DNA of 52,073 nt, from assembly GCA_005788145.1 (NCBI GenBank), contig SXYY01000121.1, forward strand, positions 1-52,073, read 5' to 3'. The notes beneath the pieces are model-generated. The model did not search any database. It saw only the letters and a program-made list of their open reading frames with translations, and had not been told where the DNA came from. This document shows, piece after piece, positions 1 to 9,527 of this stretch. Position 1 is the stretch's first letter; the number at the start of each line of letters is the position of its first letter. The DNA is from Bacteroidota bacterium. GTDB lineage: Bacteria; Bacteroidota; Bacteroidia; NS11-12g; UBA955. The translations under genes and the position numbers were made by a program.

Positions 1-29
1 ACCAAGGGCGCCCATCGGGCGCCCTTGGT
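1..29 (-). terminator. GC-rich perfect hairpin downstream of the 333-aa gene (candidate intrinsic terminator)
   Basis: The sequence accaagggcgccc-atc-gggcgcccttggt forms a 13-bp perfect stem with a 3-nt loop. It ends 23 nt past the stop codon at 53-55. The U-tract for the minus strand would lie outside the window and cannot be checked. Confidence 0.45.
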
Positions 30-52
30 AATGTCTATAAGAGATAAAATTC

Positions 53-1054
53 TTACTCCAATGTAAAGTTGTTTTTCTGACGCATCAATCCGCGGGTCCA
101 CAACTCTGCGGTGTATTTACCTTTCATCAATTTGCCAGTCAGCAAGCCTTTTTCTGGGAAACTCCACTTCACTTTTTGCAATGCACCATCAAATTGGATG
201 GTCTGCTTCAAGCTGGCCACTTTGCTCTTGTCAGTCAACTTGGTATTGGTCGTAGATAATACACCGCCATTCGGGTCGATAATACGGATGATTACTTCCT
301 CTTCCAAAGGTTGGGTCACCATGGGATTTTCCAACACATCAAACGTCACCCGGATTTTGTCTACAGACTTTGACTTCATGGTTTCTGTCATGATTCCCTT
401 TTTGTCGTAAAGGCCGGTAACCAACAAAGCCCCGAATTGAGGACGTGCACCTTTATCCAAACGATCTTTCAATTCTACATTTTCAGATTCCAAAGCCGCA
501 GAACGATCTTTTTCCGCAGTTAATTGAGTCATGTAATCATTCTTCTCTTTGGTCAACGACTCTACCAATGCCATCAACTCAGCCACTTTTGCTCGGGCCT
601 CTTCCAATTGTTTGCGCAAATCCTCTAAATTACCGTCTCCTCCCTTGACAGATTTGGCCGCTTTGCGTGATTCTTTTGTTGATTTTTTGGCACTGCCGTC
701 ACCGGAACTGGCCGTTGCTCCACTACCATCGCCTGAAATTCCATTGGCAATTTCGCGACGCAAGCGATAAATCTCTTGCATGGCCGCTATCACACGGGGG
801 TTCTTGTCTCCTTCAAGTTCTTCAACTTTCAAGACCAATGTTTGGTTTTCGTTTTGGAATGTCTGGATCACCAAATTCAGTGAATCTTCCATTCTAATTA
901 ACTCAGCTTGCAAAGAATCTTTGGCCTTCATGACAGCCATTTTATTCTGCAATTCTTTGTCGCTGTTCATTTTGTTGATATACAAAAATGTATTGCTTCC
1001 CAAAGAAGCCAACAACAAAATGACAAGGACTACGGTTAATGCGGTTCTATTCAT
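53..1054 (-). CDS. membrane-anchored coiled-coil protein, unknown function
   Basis: 333-aa ORF with ATG at 1054. It has an N-terminal hydrophobic anchor (ALTVVLVILLLASLG). A long E/K/L/Q-rich coiled-coil-like region follows, interrupted by a G/S/D-rich linker (GISGDGSGATASSGDGSAKK). The C-terminal ~110 aa look beta-rich. I recognise no family. Confidence 0.6.
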   Translation of the reverse strand: MNRTALTVVLVILLLASLGSNTFLYINKMNSDKELQNKMAVMKAKDSLQAELIRMEDSLNLVIQTFQNENQTLVLKVEELEGDKNPRVIAAMQEIYRLRREIANGISGDGSGATASSGDGSAKKSTKESRKAAKSVKGGDGNLEDLRKQLEEARAKVAELMALVESLTKEKNDYMTQLTAEKDRSAALESENVELKDRLDKGARPQFGALLVTGLYDKKGIMTETMKSKSVDKIRVTFDVLENPMVTQPLEEEVIIRIIDPNGGVLSTTNTKLTDKSKVASLKQTIQFDGALQKVKWSFPEKGLLTGKLMKGKYTAELWTRGLMRQKNNFTLE

Positions 1055-1061
1055 ACAATTA

Positions 1062-1069
1062 CAAATGTA
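1062..1069 (-). promoter_or_regulatory. candidate Bacteroidota -7 box (TACATTTG), 7 nt upstream of the ATG at 1054
   Basis: The minus strand reads TACATTTG-taattgt-ATG, an exact match to TAnnTTTG. No clear -33 TTTG is present. Confidence 0.35.
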
Positions 1070-1109
1070 AATAATTATTCATTAATCCACACGTTTTCAA
1101 AGACTCGCT

Positions 1110-2558
1110 TTATCGCAAACTACCGTTTATACGCTTCTGCAACTCAAAAGGTGACATATTTATGTCAATCAAACGCTGTTTTGGGTCCAATAAAAAAACT
1201 TGAGGCATCGTCTGAAGTTTCAGTATTTCAGTCACTTGTGGGGAGCAAAATCCATGAATCATTTTTGTATCAAATCGCTTGTTATATCCATAAACATACC
1301 TCCCACTGCCTCCGTGGTTTAACATAAGAATCTGTATAGAATCAGGTAATTTTCGTGAAATCTCGTGATAAATCACCGAGTCTTTGTGAAACAATGAATC
1401 ATCGGCGTTCCAAACAATCACCACAGTATACTTCCCTTTGAACTTGCGAATACTCCGACGATGAACGGGATTTTCTTTGAGTTTGCCTGCCTTGTAAACT
1501 CCCTCAATCACACAAAATCGAAACTTCGGAATTTTGTTCCCAATCAACAAGCTTCTTGCATTTTTAACCTGCTTGCTGTTGATGGGTTCCACAATTAAAC
1601 CCCACTCTGCCTGACCAAGACCCGGTAATTTCTTTGCAACTTGCGCCTGCCAGCCTTGGCCCAACCAATCCAAAACGGTCTTGCCTTTCAACAGTTTCCA
1701 TGCATTTGCGGTATTAAAAATACCTCGATCATTGCTCACCATGATTATATCCACACCCACGTCGCCGTAGTTTCCATTCACATTGACATCTTTCAATGCC
1801 CAATACAAAGTATCGTCCTGAAACACTTTCGACCCGTAAATAACCGTCATGCGTCGCTGCCTAAAACTATTGCCAACACCAATAAATTTCCTGTCGGCCT
1901 TCACCAAGTCAACTGCCTCACCGTATAGTTTCTGGTAGGATCTTAACTCGCTCCCTAAGAAAAACCCGAGCTGTAATGAAACACCCCAATCTTGATTATC
2001 CAATTTCACCACACTCCCTGATTCAGGTACAACACTGGCTGAAAATGCCACGGACGAAGGCGCGTAATACTGTATAGGGTCATCGGTCAAATCCAGATTG
2101 TGGTTTACATCAACCCAAATCCTGCTCTTGCGGTATTTCATGACTTGGGGTCTCTCCACCACAAGCAAGGTATGATTGGGCAACAACCCTGAGCCATGCA
2201 CATGCTGCGCAAATCCGTAGACAAGGTTCGACTTCAACTTTACAGGATCACCCGCTGCGTTGGTGTCTGAGGTATAGAGCTGCTTTGGCAAACGCACAGG
2301 ATATTGCGTTAAAGACATACCGGGATAATCTGCCGACATATCTATGGGTTGGGTAACAATGGGTTGGGTTAACTCAAACAATGGCATCACATCAAGCAAA
2401 TGCATCATTTCATTATCCAAACCCCGTGTACCGCATTCAACATAGTTTGCAGAACCGTTGGTTCGCCCAATGGAGTCAGACTTGATTCCTTGACCCAGAC
2501 AATGCAAAGTTTGTGACAAGCCAAGTATCACAAAGCATTTAATCACAATGCCCCGCAT
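1110..2558 (-). CDS. secreted protein of unknown function with a C-terminal thioredoxin-fold-like region lacking CxxC
   Basis: 482-aa ORF with ATG at 2558 and an N-terminal signal-like segment (MRGIVIKCFVILGLSQTLHC). The last ~130 aa follow a TlpA/ResA-like layout: IGNKIPKF..(G)K..SIRKFKGKYTVVIVWNADDSLF...QILMLNHGG...MPQVFLLDPKQRLI. The position of the WCxxC motif is occupied by WNADDS. Confidence 0.6.
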   Translation of the reverse strand: MRGIVIKCFVILGLSQTLHCLGQGIKSDSIGRTNGSANYVECGTRGLDNEMMHLLDVMPLFELTQPIVTQPIDMSADYPGMSLTQYPVRLPKQLYTSDTNAAGDPVKLKSNLVYGFAQHVHGSGLLPNHTLLVVERPQVMKYRKSRIWVDVNHNLDLTDDPIQYYAPSSVAFSASVVPESGSVVKLDNQDWGVSLQLGFFLGSELRSYQKLYGEAVDLVKADRKFIGVGNSFRQRRMTVIYGSKVFQDDTLYWALKDVNVNGNYGDVGVDIIMVSNDRGIFNTANAWKLLKGKTVLDWLGQGWQAQVAKKLPGLGQAEWGLIVEPINSKQVKNARSLLIGNKIPKFRFCVIEGVYKAGKLKENPVHRRSIRKFKGKYTVVIVWNADDSLFHKDSVIYHEISRKLPDSIQILMLNHGGSGRYVYGYNKRFDTKMIHGFCSPQVTEILKLQTMPQVFLLDPKQRLIDINMSPFELQKRINGSLR

Positions 2559-2570
2559 CCAAATAGAGAT

Positions 2571-2729
2571 TTACTTAAAAACAAAGCGCACCAATATCAC
2601 GCAAAGCGCAATGGCAAACATCAAAATAGAAATGCGATTCATGCCATGCATCATGCGTAGGTTTAAATTGGACTTACTGCCCTCTTGCTTGCGGAAGGTA
2701 AGGTAGGACAAGATTTTCTTGAAGATCAT
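2571..2729 (-). CDS. small (52 aa) C-terminally anchored membrane protein
   Basis: I trimmed the 75-aa ORF (2571..2798), which overlaps the lon 3' end, to the ATG at 2729. The product is MIFKKILSYLTFRKQEGSKSNLNLRMMHGMNRISILMFAIALCVILVRFVFK, a basic N-terminal half followed by one TM helix. An exact TAnnTTTG box lies 6 nt upstream of this ATG. The sequence resembles small conserved Bacteroidota membrane proteins, but this is from memory only. Confidence 0.45.
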   Translation of the reverse strand: MIFKKILSYLTFRKQEGSKSNLNLRMMHGMNRISILMFAIALCVILVRFVFK

Positions 2730-2735
2730 GATGAA

Positions 2736-2743
2736 CAAACTTA
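2736..2743 (-). promoter_or_regulatory. candidate -7 box (TAAGTTTG), 6 nt upstream of the small-ORF ATG at 2729
   Basis: The minus strand reads TAAGTTTG-ttcatc-ATG. The box sits in the 28-nt gap after the lon stop codon. Confidence 0.35.
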
Positions 2744-2757
2744 AATAAAAACCTTGG

Positions 2758-5247
2758 CTATTCTGTTGAATCCTTGGCTTTTTCTTGCAAGACAGCATGA
2801 ATATCGATGGGATGCTTCACCGCGGTATCGGTCAGCGCCAAGTCTAAGACCTGCAACATGTTATTGACATAGGAGAAATGCAAACCGTCGAGGTATTTGG
2901 CGGGAATATCCAAAACATCCTTTTTATTTTGTTCACACAAAATCACCTCTTTGATACCTGCGCGTTTGGCAGCAAGCAATTTTTCTTTGATACCACCTAC
3001 GGGCAACACCTTGCCTCGGAGCGTAATCTCACCGGTCATCGCAAGGTGACTTTTTACTTTGGTTTGGGTAAAAAGTGACGCCAAACTTGTGAGAATGGCA
3101 ATACCGGCACTCGGCCCGTCCTTCGGAATCGCACCGGCGGGGAAATGCACGTGGATGTCCCACAAATCAAAAACACGGGCATCAATATTCAAATAATCGG
3201 CATGGGCTTTCAAATAGGACTTTGCCAACATTACACTCTCTTTCATCACATCGCCCAATTGACCTGTGATGATCAATTGACCTTTTCCGCGCGATAGTTT
3301 GCTTTCAACGAAGAGTACAGAACCGCCCATCGGACTCCAAGCGAGGCCTGAAACCACACCCGCAGTTTCATTGTTTTCATACATTTCTGGCTCCATCTTT
3401 TCAGCACCCAAAATTTGTTCAACTTCAGCGATGCCCATTTGCTTTTTCAACGGTTCGTCCAATGCGATAGACTTAGCCACAGACCTCGCCAAAGCGGCTA
3501 CCCTTTTGTCCAAAGAGCGCACCCCACTCTCCCTCGTGTATTGTTCAATGATGATTTCCAAGGCCTTATCGCTCACTTTGAATTGGGTTGTTTTTAACCC
3601 GTGTGCTTTTCGCTGCTTTGTAATCAAATATTTCTTGGCGATTTCAATCTTCTCTTCGATGCTGTATCCATGTATTTCAATTATCTCCATACGATCAAGC
3701 AATGCAGGCTGTATGGTATCCAGGTTATTTGCAGTCGCAACAAACAACACCTTGCTCAAATCGTAATCCAACTCGAGGTAATTGTCATAGAAAGTACTGT
3801 TTTGCTCCGGATCCAACACCTCCAACATTGCAGAAGACGGATCGCCCCGAAAATCACGACCCAGTTTATCAATTTCATCGAGCACAAACACGGGGTTTGA
3901 TGTCCCCGACTTCTTCAAATTTTGTAAAATACGACCGGGCATCGCACCGATGTATGTCTTTCGGTGACCACGGATTTCCGATTCATCGTGTAATCCACCC
4001 AAACTCATGCGCACGTATTTCCGACCCAAGGCCCTTGCAATACTCCTTCCGAGAGAGGTCTTACCCACGCCCGGAGGTCCATACAAACAAATGATGGGGG
4101 AACGCATGTCGCCTTTCAGCTTCAACACAGCCAGGTATTCCAAGATTCGTTTCTTGACCTTCTCCAAACCAAAATGATCTTCATCGAACACGTCTTGGGC
4201 ATGATTAATATCAAAATTGTCGTTGCTCAGTGTATCCCATGGCAAATCCAACATCAATTGCACATAATTCAATCCCACAGAATAATCGGGAGACGCAGGA
4301 TTGACGCGCATCAAACGATCGAGTTCTTTGGTGAAATGCTCATGAATATCCTTGGACCATGATTTTGCAGCACCTTTTTCACGAAGGTTCTGAATCTCTT
4401 TATCTGGTGAGTCTCCTCCCAACTCCTCTTGAATGGCACGAATTTGCTGTTGCAAAAAATACTCCTTCTGCTGCTTATCCATGTCGGTACGTACCTTGCT
4501 TTGAATCTGGTCTTTTAACTCCAGCAGCTGAAGTTCTTGCGTAACGTGGGTGAGCACGATGGTTGCGCGAACGGCGGGTTCCAACGTTTCCAGTAGGGTT
4601 TGTTTTTCACTTTGGGTGATATTGAGATTGCTACTTACAAAGTGTATCAAAAAGGTTTTGGAGTCGATGTTTCTCAGCGCAACACTCGCCTCTGATGGAA
4701 TTTGGGGCGATAGGTTGATAATTTTGTGCGAAATATCCCGAATCGAGTCGATGGTGGCTTTGTATTCCTTGGTTTCTTTAGCAGGCAAATCCGGCAATGA
4801 ACTCACTTTGGCCTTAAAATATGGTTCTGTTTGGGTGTACTCATCAATCTTAATGCGACGCTTACCTTGTAAAATGACCGTTGAACTACCATCGGGCATT
4901 CGCATCATCCGAATGATTTGCGCCAACGTACCCACATTGTACAAATCATCAATGCTTGGATCCTCCACGCTCGGATTCTTCTGCGCGACTACAGCAATAA
5001 TTTTATCGCGTTTGTTTGCATCCTTGATCAATCGAATACTCTTGTCTCGTCCCACAGTAATGGGAAAAATCACACCCGGATAGAGCACCGTATTTCTCAT
5101 TGTCAGTACGGCGAGCTCGGCTGGGACTTCAATTTTATTACTTTCATCCTCTTCTTGTTTTGAGAAAAGCGGCAAAAACTCTGGCGCATCTTCAAAAGAA
5201 TCCGAATCTGAATCATTGGTAAAAAAAACTTCTTTGTTGTTAAACAT
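2758..5247 (-). CDS. lon: ATP-dependent Lon protease (LonA)
   Basis: 829 aa with the Lon N-terminal domain. Walker A is GPPGVGKTS and Walker B is VFVLDEIDK. The catalytic serine motif [10 protein letters not shown] and the downstream [14 protein letters not shown] are present. Confidence 0.97.
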   Translation of the reverse strand: MFNNKEVFFTNDSDSDSFEDAPEFLPLFSKQEEDESNKIEVPAELAVLTMRNTVLYPGVIFPITVGRDKSIRLIKDANKRDKIIAVVAQKNPSVEDPSIDDLYNVGTLAQIIRMMRMPDGSSTVILQGKRRIKIDEYTQTEPYFKAKVSSLPDLPAKETKEYKATIDSIRDISHKIINLSPQIPSEASVALRNIDSKTFLIHFVSSNLNITQSEKQTLLETLEPAVRATIVLTHVTQELQLLELKDQIQSKVRTDMDKQQKEYFLQQQIRAIQEELGGDSPDKEIQNLREKGAAKSWSKDIHEHFTKELDRLMRVNPASPDYSVGLNYVQLMLDLPWDTLSNDNFDINHAQDVFDEDHFGLEKVKKRILEYLAVLKLKGDMRSPIICLYGPPGVGKTSLGRSIARALGRKYVRMSLGGLHDESEIRGHRKTYIGAMPGRILQNLKKSGTSNPVFVLDEIDKLGRDFRGDPSSAMLEVLDPEQNSTFYDNYLELDYDLSKVLFVATANNLDTIQPALLDRMEIIEIHGYSIEEKIEIAKKYLITKQRKAHGLKTTQFKVSDKALEIIIEQYTRESGVRSLDKRVAALARSVAKSIALDEPLKKQMGIAEVEQILGAEKMEPEMYENNETAGVVSGLAWSPMGGSVLFVESKLSRGKGQLIITGQLGDVMKESVMLAKSYLKAHADYLNIDARVFDLWDIHVHFPAGAIPKDGPSAGIAILTSLASLFTQTKVKSHLAMTGEITLRGKVLPVGGIKEKLLAAKRAGIKEVILCEQNKKDVLDIPAKYLDGLHFSYVNNMLQVLDLALTDTAVKHPIDIHAVLQEKAKDSTE

Positions 5248-5254
5248 CGGATCA

Positions 5255-5262
5255 CAAAAATA
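5255..5262 (-). promoter_or_regulatory. candidate -7 box (TATTTTTG), 7 nt upstream of the lon ATG
   Basis: The minus strand reads TATTTTTG-tgatccg-ATG (ATG at 5247). No TTTG occurs at the expected -33 spacing. Confidence 0.4.
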
Positions 5263-5357
5263 TCAATGCTTGTGCCAAAGGCGGTAATACGACAAAATTG
5301 TATTGTAAAACTTTTGCTATGACAATTTGTCGCTAATCGAAAATACCTGCGTTGAGA

Positions 5358-5388
5358 TTTGGAAAACTGCGATTTTTCTTGAAATTTG
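5358..5388 (+). promoter_or_regulatory. candidate promoter of the lipoprotein gene (TTTG-N19-GAAATTTG)
   Basis: TTTG lies at 5358-5361, followed by a 19-nt spacer and GAAATTTG at 5381-5388 (one mismatch to TAnnTTTG). The box is 18 nt upstream of the ATG at 5407. Confidence 0.35.
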
Positions 5389-5406
5389 CGAGTTAAACAA
5401 ATATAT

Positions 5407-6258
5407 ATGAAACTGAAACATTTACTTCTAGCGTTCACCGTGCCTGTGGTTGCCTTCTTGGGTTCGTGCGGTGGCGACAGCAACGATCCTAAACCTACCA
5501 TCTCATTGACTGCCGGTGCAAATTTCGTCAGTGGCGACATCAGTGTAATGAGCGATTCTATGTTGTCTTTCTCAATTTCTGCAACTTCTGGTTCAGGTGC
5601 GTTGAGCGGAATTTCTGCAAATTACAGCGTAAACGGCAATCCCGCTGTTTCCTTCAAAGACACTGCAGTGAACGGCAACAGCGTTTCATTTGTGATCAAG
5701 AATCGCTTGGCTGCTAGCATTGACGATATCGTAACCTACACTTTCACCGCGAAAGATGCGAATGGTCAAACTGCTTCAACATCCATCAAAATCACCGTTA
5801 TCCCTCCAACTGCACCTTTGGTTGGATTTGCGAACCAATTGGTGTACAACACTTTGAATGTGGGATTTGAAAATGCTTATGATCTAAACAAGGGCGTTCC
5901 ACTGAAAACCAATGATAATGCAACAAGAAAAGATTTGTTGGACAAAACACTCACTGGTGCTGCACAATTCTCAAAAATTTGGGGATCTGACAACAACGGT
6001 AAGTTCGTAAAGGTGACTGCCAACGATTACACCAACGCCTCTACTACTACCTATTTGTACAACCTATGGAAGGCCAATGGCGCCAATGCCTTACCACAAA
6101 CCGCTATATTGGCTGTGGGTGATGTATACTTGGTAAAAACTGGACAAGATTTGCCTTTCAACTTGTACATCCTTAAGGTAACCAAAATCCAGGATTTGCC
6201 TGCGATTGGCAACCACAACGATTATGTTGAATTTGGTTACAAGAAAATCGACGATTAA
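5407..6258 (+). CDS. lipoprotein of unknown function
   Basis: I trimmed to the ATG at 5407; the ORF track starts at a TTG at 5386. The N-terminus MKLKHLLLAFTVPVVAFLGSCGGD has a lipobox (LGSC). An Ig-like repeat-looking region follows (SFSISATSGSGALSGISANYSV...TYTFTAKDANGQTASTSIKITV). A strong terminator follows the gene. Confidence 0.7.
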   Translation: MKLKHLLLAFTVPVVAFLGSCGGDSNDPKPTISLTAGANFVSGDISVMSDSMLSFSISATSGSGALSGISANYSVNGNPAVSFKDTAVNGNSVSFVIKNRLAASIDDIVTYTFTAKDANGQTASTSIKITVIPPTAPLVGFANQLVYNTLNVGFENAYDLNKGVPLKTNDNATRKDLLDKTLTGAAQFSKIWGSDNNGKFVKVTANDYTNASTTTYLYNLWKANGANALPQTAILAVGDVYLVKTGQDLPFNLYILKVTKIQDLPAIGNHNDYVEFGYKKIDD

Positions 6259-6283
6259 TTCCAACTAACAAAAATACAATTGC

Positions 6284-6312
6284 AAAAACCCCGCATTCGC
6301 GGGGTTTTTTGT
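6284..6312 (+). terminator. rho-independent terminator after the lipoprotein gene
   Basis: The sequence aaaaaccccgc-attc-gcggggtttttt forms a GC-rich stem followed by a T-tract. Confidence 0.8.
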
Positions 6313-6350
6313 TAATAATCGCAACGAAATAATGTCGTATTTTGTACTCC

Positions 6351-7319
6351 GTGAAGAAAATTGCAGTACTTACATCAGGCGGTGACGCACCAGGCATGAA
6401 CGCATGCATACGCGCCGTCATTCGTGCCTGCGCACATTATAATTTGGAAGTTTTTGGCATTCACAGGGGTTATCAAGGATTGATTGAAAATGAGATCTTC
6501 CCGATGACACCAAGCAGTGTGGCCAACATCATTCAAATGGGTGGCACCATCCTAAAAACTGCCCGTAGCAAGGAATTCATGACTGCTGAAGGTCGGTCAA
6601 AAGCCCATGAAAACCTGAAAGCCAAGGGCATTGAGGGATTGGTTTGTATTGGCGGTAATGGCACTTATACGGGGGCGATGATTTTTGAAAAAGAATTTGG
6701 CCTGCCCAGTATCGGATGTCCGGGTACAATCGACAACGATCTATGGGGGACCGACGCCACCATAGGCTACGACACGGCCATCAATACCGCGATGGAAGCC
6801 ATCGATAAAATTCGCGACACCGCAGATGCGCACAACCGGGTATTTTTTATCGAAGTAATGGGCAGACATTCCGGACACATCGCACTGCATGCAGGTATTG
6901 CTGGAGGTGCTGAAGGAATATTTATTCCGGAGCGCGGCAATGAATTCGCAGATATTGTCAAATTATACGAATCCAAAGCACGCAAAAAAGAGTTTAGCAT
7001 CTTTGTCGTTGCAGAAGGAGAAGAAGAAGGCCATGCCTATGATATTGCCAAACGTTTCCAATCCATTTACCCCGATACCGACTGCAAGGTGACCGTATTA
7101 GGCCATATTCAACGCGGTGGCCGTCCTACCGCCAACGACCGAATCCTGGCCTCGCGCTTGGGTGCGCATGCTGTAAAAGCATTGATTGAAGGCCAAAAAA
7201 ATCAAGCCGTGGGGGTTGTCGACAATCTGATCAAGTTCACCTCTTTTCAGGAGGCCATTGAGCGTAAAAAAGATATCCAAAACAATCTTTGGACATTAAA
7301 CACGATCATCACCCGCTAA
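6351..7319 (+). CDS. pfkA: ATP-dependent 6-phosphofructokinase
   Basis: KKIAVLTSGGDAPGMNA, GGNGT and PGTIDND motifs are present. I prefer the GTG at 6351, which gives the canonical (M)KKIAVLTSGGD N-terminus. The ORF track starts at a TTG at 6342. Confidence 0.92.
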   Translation: MKKIAVLTSGGDAPGMNACIRAVIRACAHYNLEVFGIHRGYQGLIENEIFPMTPSSVANIIQMGGTILKTARSKEFMTAEGRSKAHENLKAKGIEGLVCIGGNGTYTGAMIFEKEFGLPSIGCPGTIDNDLWGTDATIGYDTAINTAMEAIDKIRDTADAHNRVFFIEVMGRHSGHIALHAGIAGGAEGIFIPERGNEFADIVKLYESKARKKEFSIFVVAEGEEEGHAYDIAKRFQSIYPDTDCKVTVLGHIQRGGRPTANDRILASRLGAHAVKALIEGQKNQAVGVVDNLIKFTSFQEAIERKKDIQNNLWTLNTIITR

Positions 7320-7329
7320 TTCCTTCACA

Positions 7330-8994
7330 ATGCTTGCCCACCTGAGAATCCAAAATTATGCGCTCATCAAAGCGTTGGACATCGATTTTCAATCGGGTTT
7401 CACGAGCATCACTGGAGAAACTGGCGCGGGTAAAAGTATTTTGCTCGGGGCAATTGGATTGGTGATGGGCGATCGAAGCGATAGCTCAGCCATCTTGGAT
7501 TCCAACCAAAAATGTGTCATCGAAGCGGAGTTCAACGTAAAACCCTTGGGACTGGCTTCGGCTTTTGAAGCACGAGATTTGGATTATGCCAACCATTGTA
7601 CCGTGCGAAGAGAATGGCATCCCAACGGCAAAACGCGCTCCTTCATCAACGATACACCCGTGAGTGTTTCAGAACTCAAGTGGCTGGGCAGTCATTTATT
7701 GGAAATTCATTCACAACATACGGGGCTATTGGTTACCCAGGCGGAAGAGCAGTTGAAGTTATTGGATGCGTTTGCAGGAACAGAAGAATTGCTGAAGGAT
7801 TATAGACAGTCATTGAATACTGTTCATCGTATCAAACAATCGCTCAAAGATAAGGAAGAGCAGTTGACCCAAATTCAAAGAGATTCTGACTATCATCAAT
7901 ACCTTTTGAATGAGTTACAACAATTCAACCCCATTGAGGGCGAAGAGTTGAATTTGGAGCAAGAAATCAATTTGTTAAGCCAATCCGAACAACTGTCTTA
8001 CGCTTTAGCAAAATCTGCATCCATGCTGGATAGTGGCGATGGCTGTCTATTGGATTTGGCCAATAAAATCAAGGCGGAATTAAAAGGTTTCTCCGGTCTG
8101 AGTCAAGATTTGGGCGACTTTTTCGAACGCATCAATCAACTTGGCATAGAGGCGAAAGAACTATCACGGGATATTGAGGGTGCGATCCACAACCATGAAG
8201 GCAATCCAAAACGACTCGAGGAACTCAACGAACGTTTCACTGCGTTGCAATTGTTGTTGCGAAAACATGGCTACACCGAGGCGAAAGAACTCCTAACTAA
8301 AAAAGCGGAACTTGAGGCTACCACGGCGGGTGAGCACCATTTGGCAGAAGAAATAGACGCTTTGAACAAAGCCTTAATCGCGGCCAATGCAGCACTAGAA
8401 ATGCACGCCAATCAACTACACCAAAAGCGTTTGCAGTGCAAAGATGAACTTTCAAAGCAAGTGATTGGACATTTACAACAACTTGAAATGCCCTATGCCC
8501 AGTTGGAAATCCAATTGCAGCAAGAACCACAATATCAAGAGAATGGGAACAGCAAGATTACGCTGATGTTCAATGCCAATAAAGGCCAATCGCCCATGCC
8601 CATCGAAAAGGTGGCATCAGGCGGTGAGATTTCCCGTTTGAATTTCTGTTTGCGCACCATCATTGCTGAACTGAAAAACTTGGCTACGCTGATTTACGAT
8701 GAAGCGGACACAGGCGTGAGTGGCGAAGTTGCAAGTCGATTGGGTTACTTGATGCGCAAGCAAGGAGCGCGTCAGCAAATATTGGCCATCACCCACCTAC
8801 CACAAGTTGCGGCATCAGGAAATAACCAGTTGTTTGTATACAAAAACAACGACGCAGACATCAGCGAAACGCAAATTCGAAGTTTGGACAATGGGGGCCG
8901 CGTTCAAGCTTTGGCTGAAATGCTTTCAGGAAAAAACCCCAGTGAGGCGGCGAAGCTCAATGCCCAACATTTATTGGAGATCCAATCCCTCTGA
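7330..8994 (+). CDS. recN: DNA repair protein RecN
   Basis: 554 aa. The N-terminal Walker A is TGETGAGKS, followed by a long coiled-coil middle. The C-terminal signature/Walker B region reads SGGEISRL...LIYDEADTGVSG. Confidence 0.93.
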   Translation: MLAHLRIQNYALIKALDIDFQSGFTSITGETGAGKSILLGAIGLVMGDRSDSSAILDSNQKCVIEAEFNVKPLGLASAFEARDLDYANHCTVRREWHPNGKTRSFINDTPVSVSELKWLGSHLLEIHSQHTGLLVTQAEEQLKLLDAFAGTEELLKDYRQSLNTVHRIKQSLKDKEEQLTQIQRDSDYHQYLLNELQQFNPIEGEELNLEQEINLLSQSEQLSYALAKSASMLDSGDGCLLDLANKIKAELKGFSGLSQDLGDFFERINQLGIEAKELSRDIEGAIHNHEGNPKRLEELNERFTALQLLLRKHGYTEAKELLTKKAELEATTAGEHHLAEEIDALNKALIAANAALEMHANQLHQKRLQCKDELSKQVIGHLQQLEMPYAQLEIQLQQEPQYQENGNSKITLMFNANKGQSPMPIEKVASGGEISRLNFCLRTIIAELKNLATLIYDEADTGVSGEVASRLGYLMRKQGARQQILAITHLPQVAASGNNQLFVYKNNDADISETQIRSLDNGGRVQALAEMLSGKNPSEAAKLNAQHLLEIQSL

Positions 8995-9468
8995 GGATTG
9001 TGCTTCTTGCTCATACCGCTCATAATTCACATCGATATCGGTGGGCTTTGACTGAGCCGCAGTGGTAGCGAGTACATCGCATCGCTCATTTTCCTTGATA
9101 CCAGCATGTCCTTTGACCCAATAAAATTTAGGCTTGTGGATTTCATACTGTCCAAGAAACGTCTGCCATAGATCCACATTTTTCACCTTCTTCCACCCTT
9201 TCGCTTTCCACCCGAACAACCATTTCTTTTCAATTGCATCGCAAACATATTTGCTATCTGTATAGACTTGGATGGACAAGCCTGGGGTTTTAATGTGCTT
9301 CAACGCCATAATCACAGCAAGCAATTCCATTCGGTTGTTGGTGGTTCTGCGAAAGCCCCCCGACAATTCCTTGCGGTGTTCTGCGTGCATCATGACAGCG
9401 CCGTATCCACCGGGACCAGGATTCCCCAGTGCAGCACCGTCTGTGTAAATGATGATGGGCAACGACAT
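8971..9468 (-). CDS. rnhA: ribonuclease HI
   Basis: IYTDGAALGNPGPGGYG, NNRMEL, VYTDSKY and WVKGHAG..NE.CD motifs are present. A short acidic C-terminal extension overlaps the recN 3' end by 24 nt. Confidence 0.92.
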   Translation of the reverse strand: MSLPIIIYTDGAALGNPGPGGYGAVMMHAEHRKELSGGFRRTTNNRMELLAVIMALKHIKTPGLSIQVYTDSKYVCDAIEKKWLFGWKAKGWKKVKNVDLWQTFLGQYEIHKPKFYWVKGHAGIKENERCDVLATTAAQSKPTDIDVNYERYEQEAQSSEGLDLQ

Positions 9469-9472
9469 ATTA

Positions 9473-9480
9473 CAAAGTTA
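9473..9480 (-). promoter_or_regulatory. candidate -7 box (TAACTTTG), exactly 4 nt upstream of the rnhA ATG
   Basis: The minus strand reads TAACTTTG-taat-ATG (ATG at 9468). Confidence 0.45.
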
Positions 9481-9515
9481 CAAGATTGTGGTGGGCAAGT
9501 TCCGCATCACCGCCG

Positions 9516-9523
9516 TATTTTTG
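9516..9523 (+). promoter_or_regulatory. candidate -7 box (TATTTTTG), exactly 4 nt upstream of the cinA ATG
   Basis: The plus strand reads TATTTTTG-tttc-ATG (ATG at 9528). Confidence 0.45.
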
Positions 9524-9527
9524 TTTC

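Noticed and set aside
5262-5278. A sigma-54-like element TTGGCAC-aagca-TTGAT lies on the minus strand just upstream of lon.
   Set aside because: The conserved -12 GC is GA. The implied TSS would fall only ~5-8 nt before the ATG. The element overlaps an exact TATTTTTG -7 box that explains the region better. TGGCAC hexamers are expected many times by chance in 52 kb.
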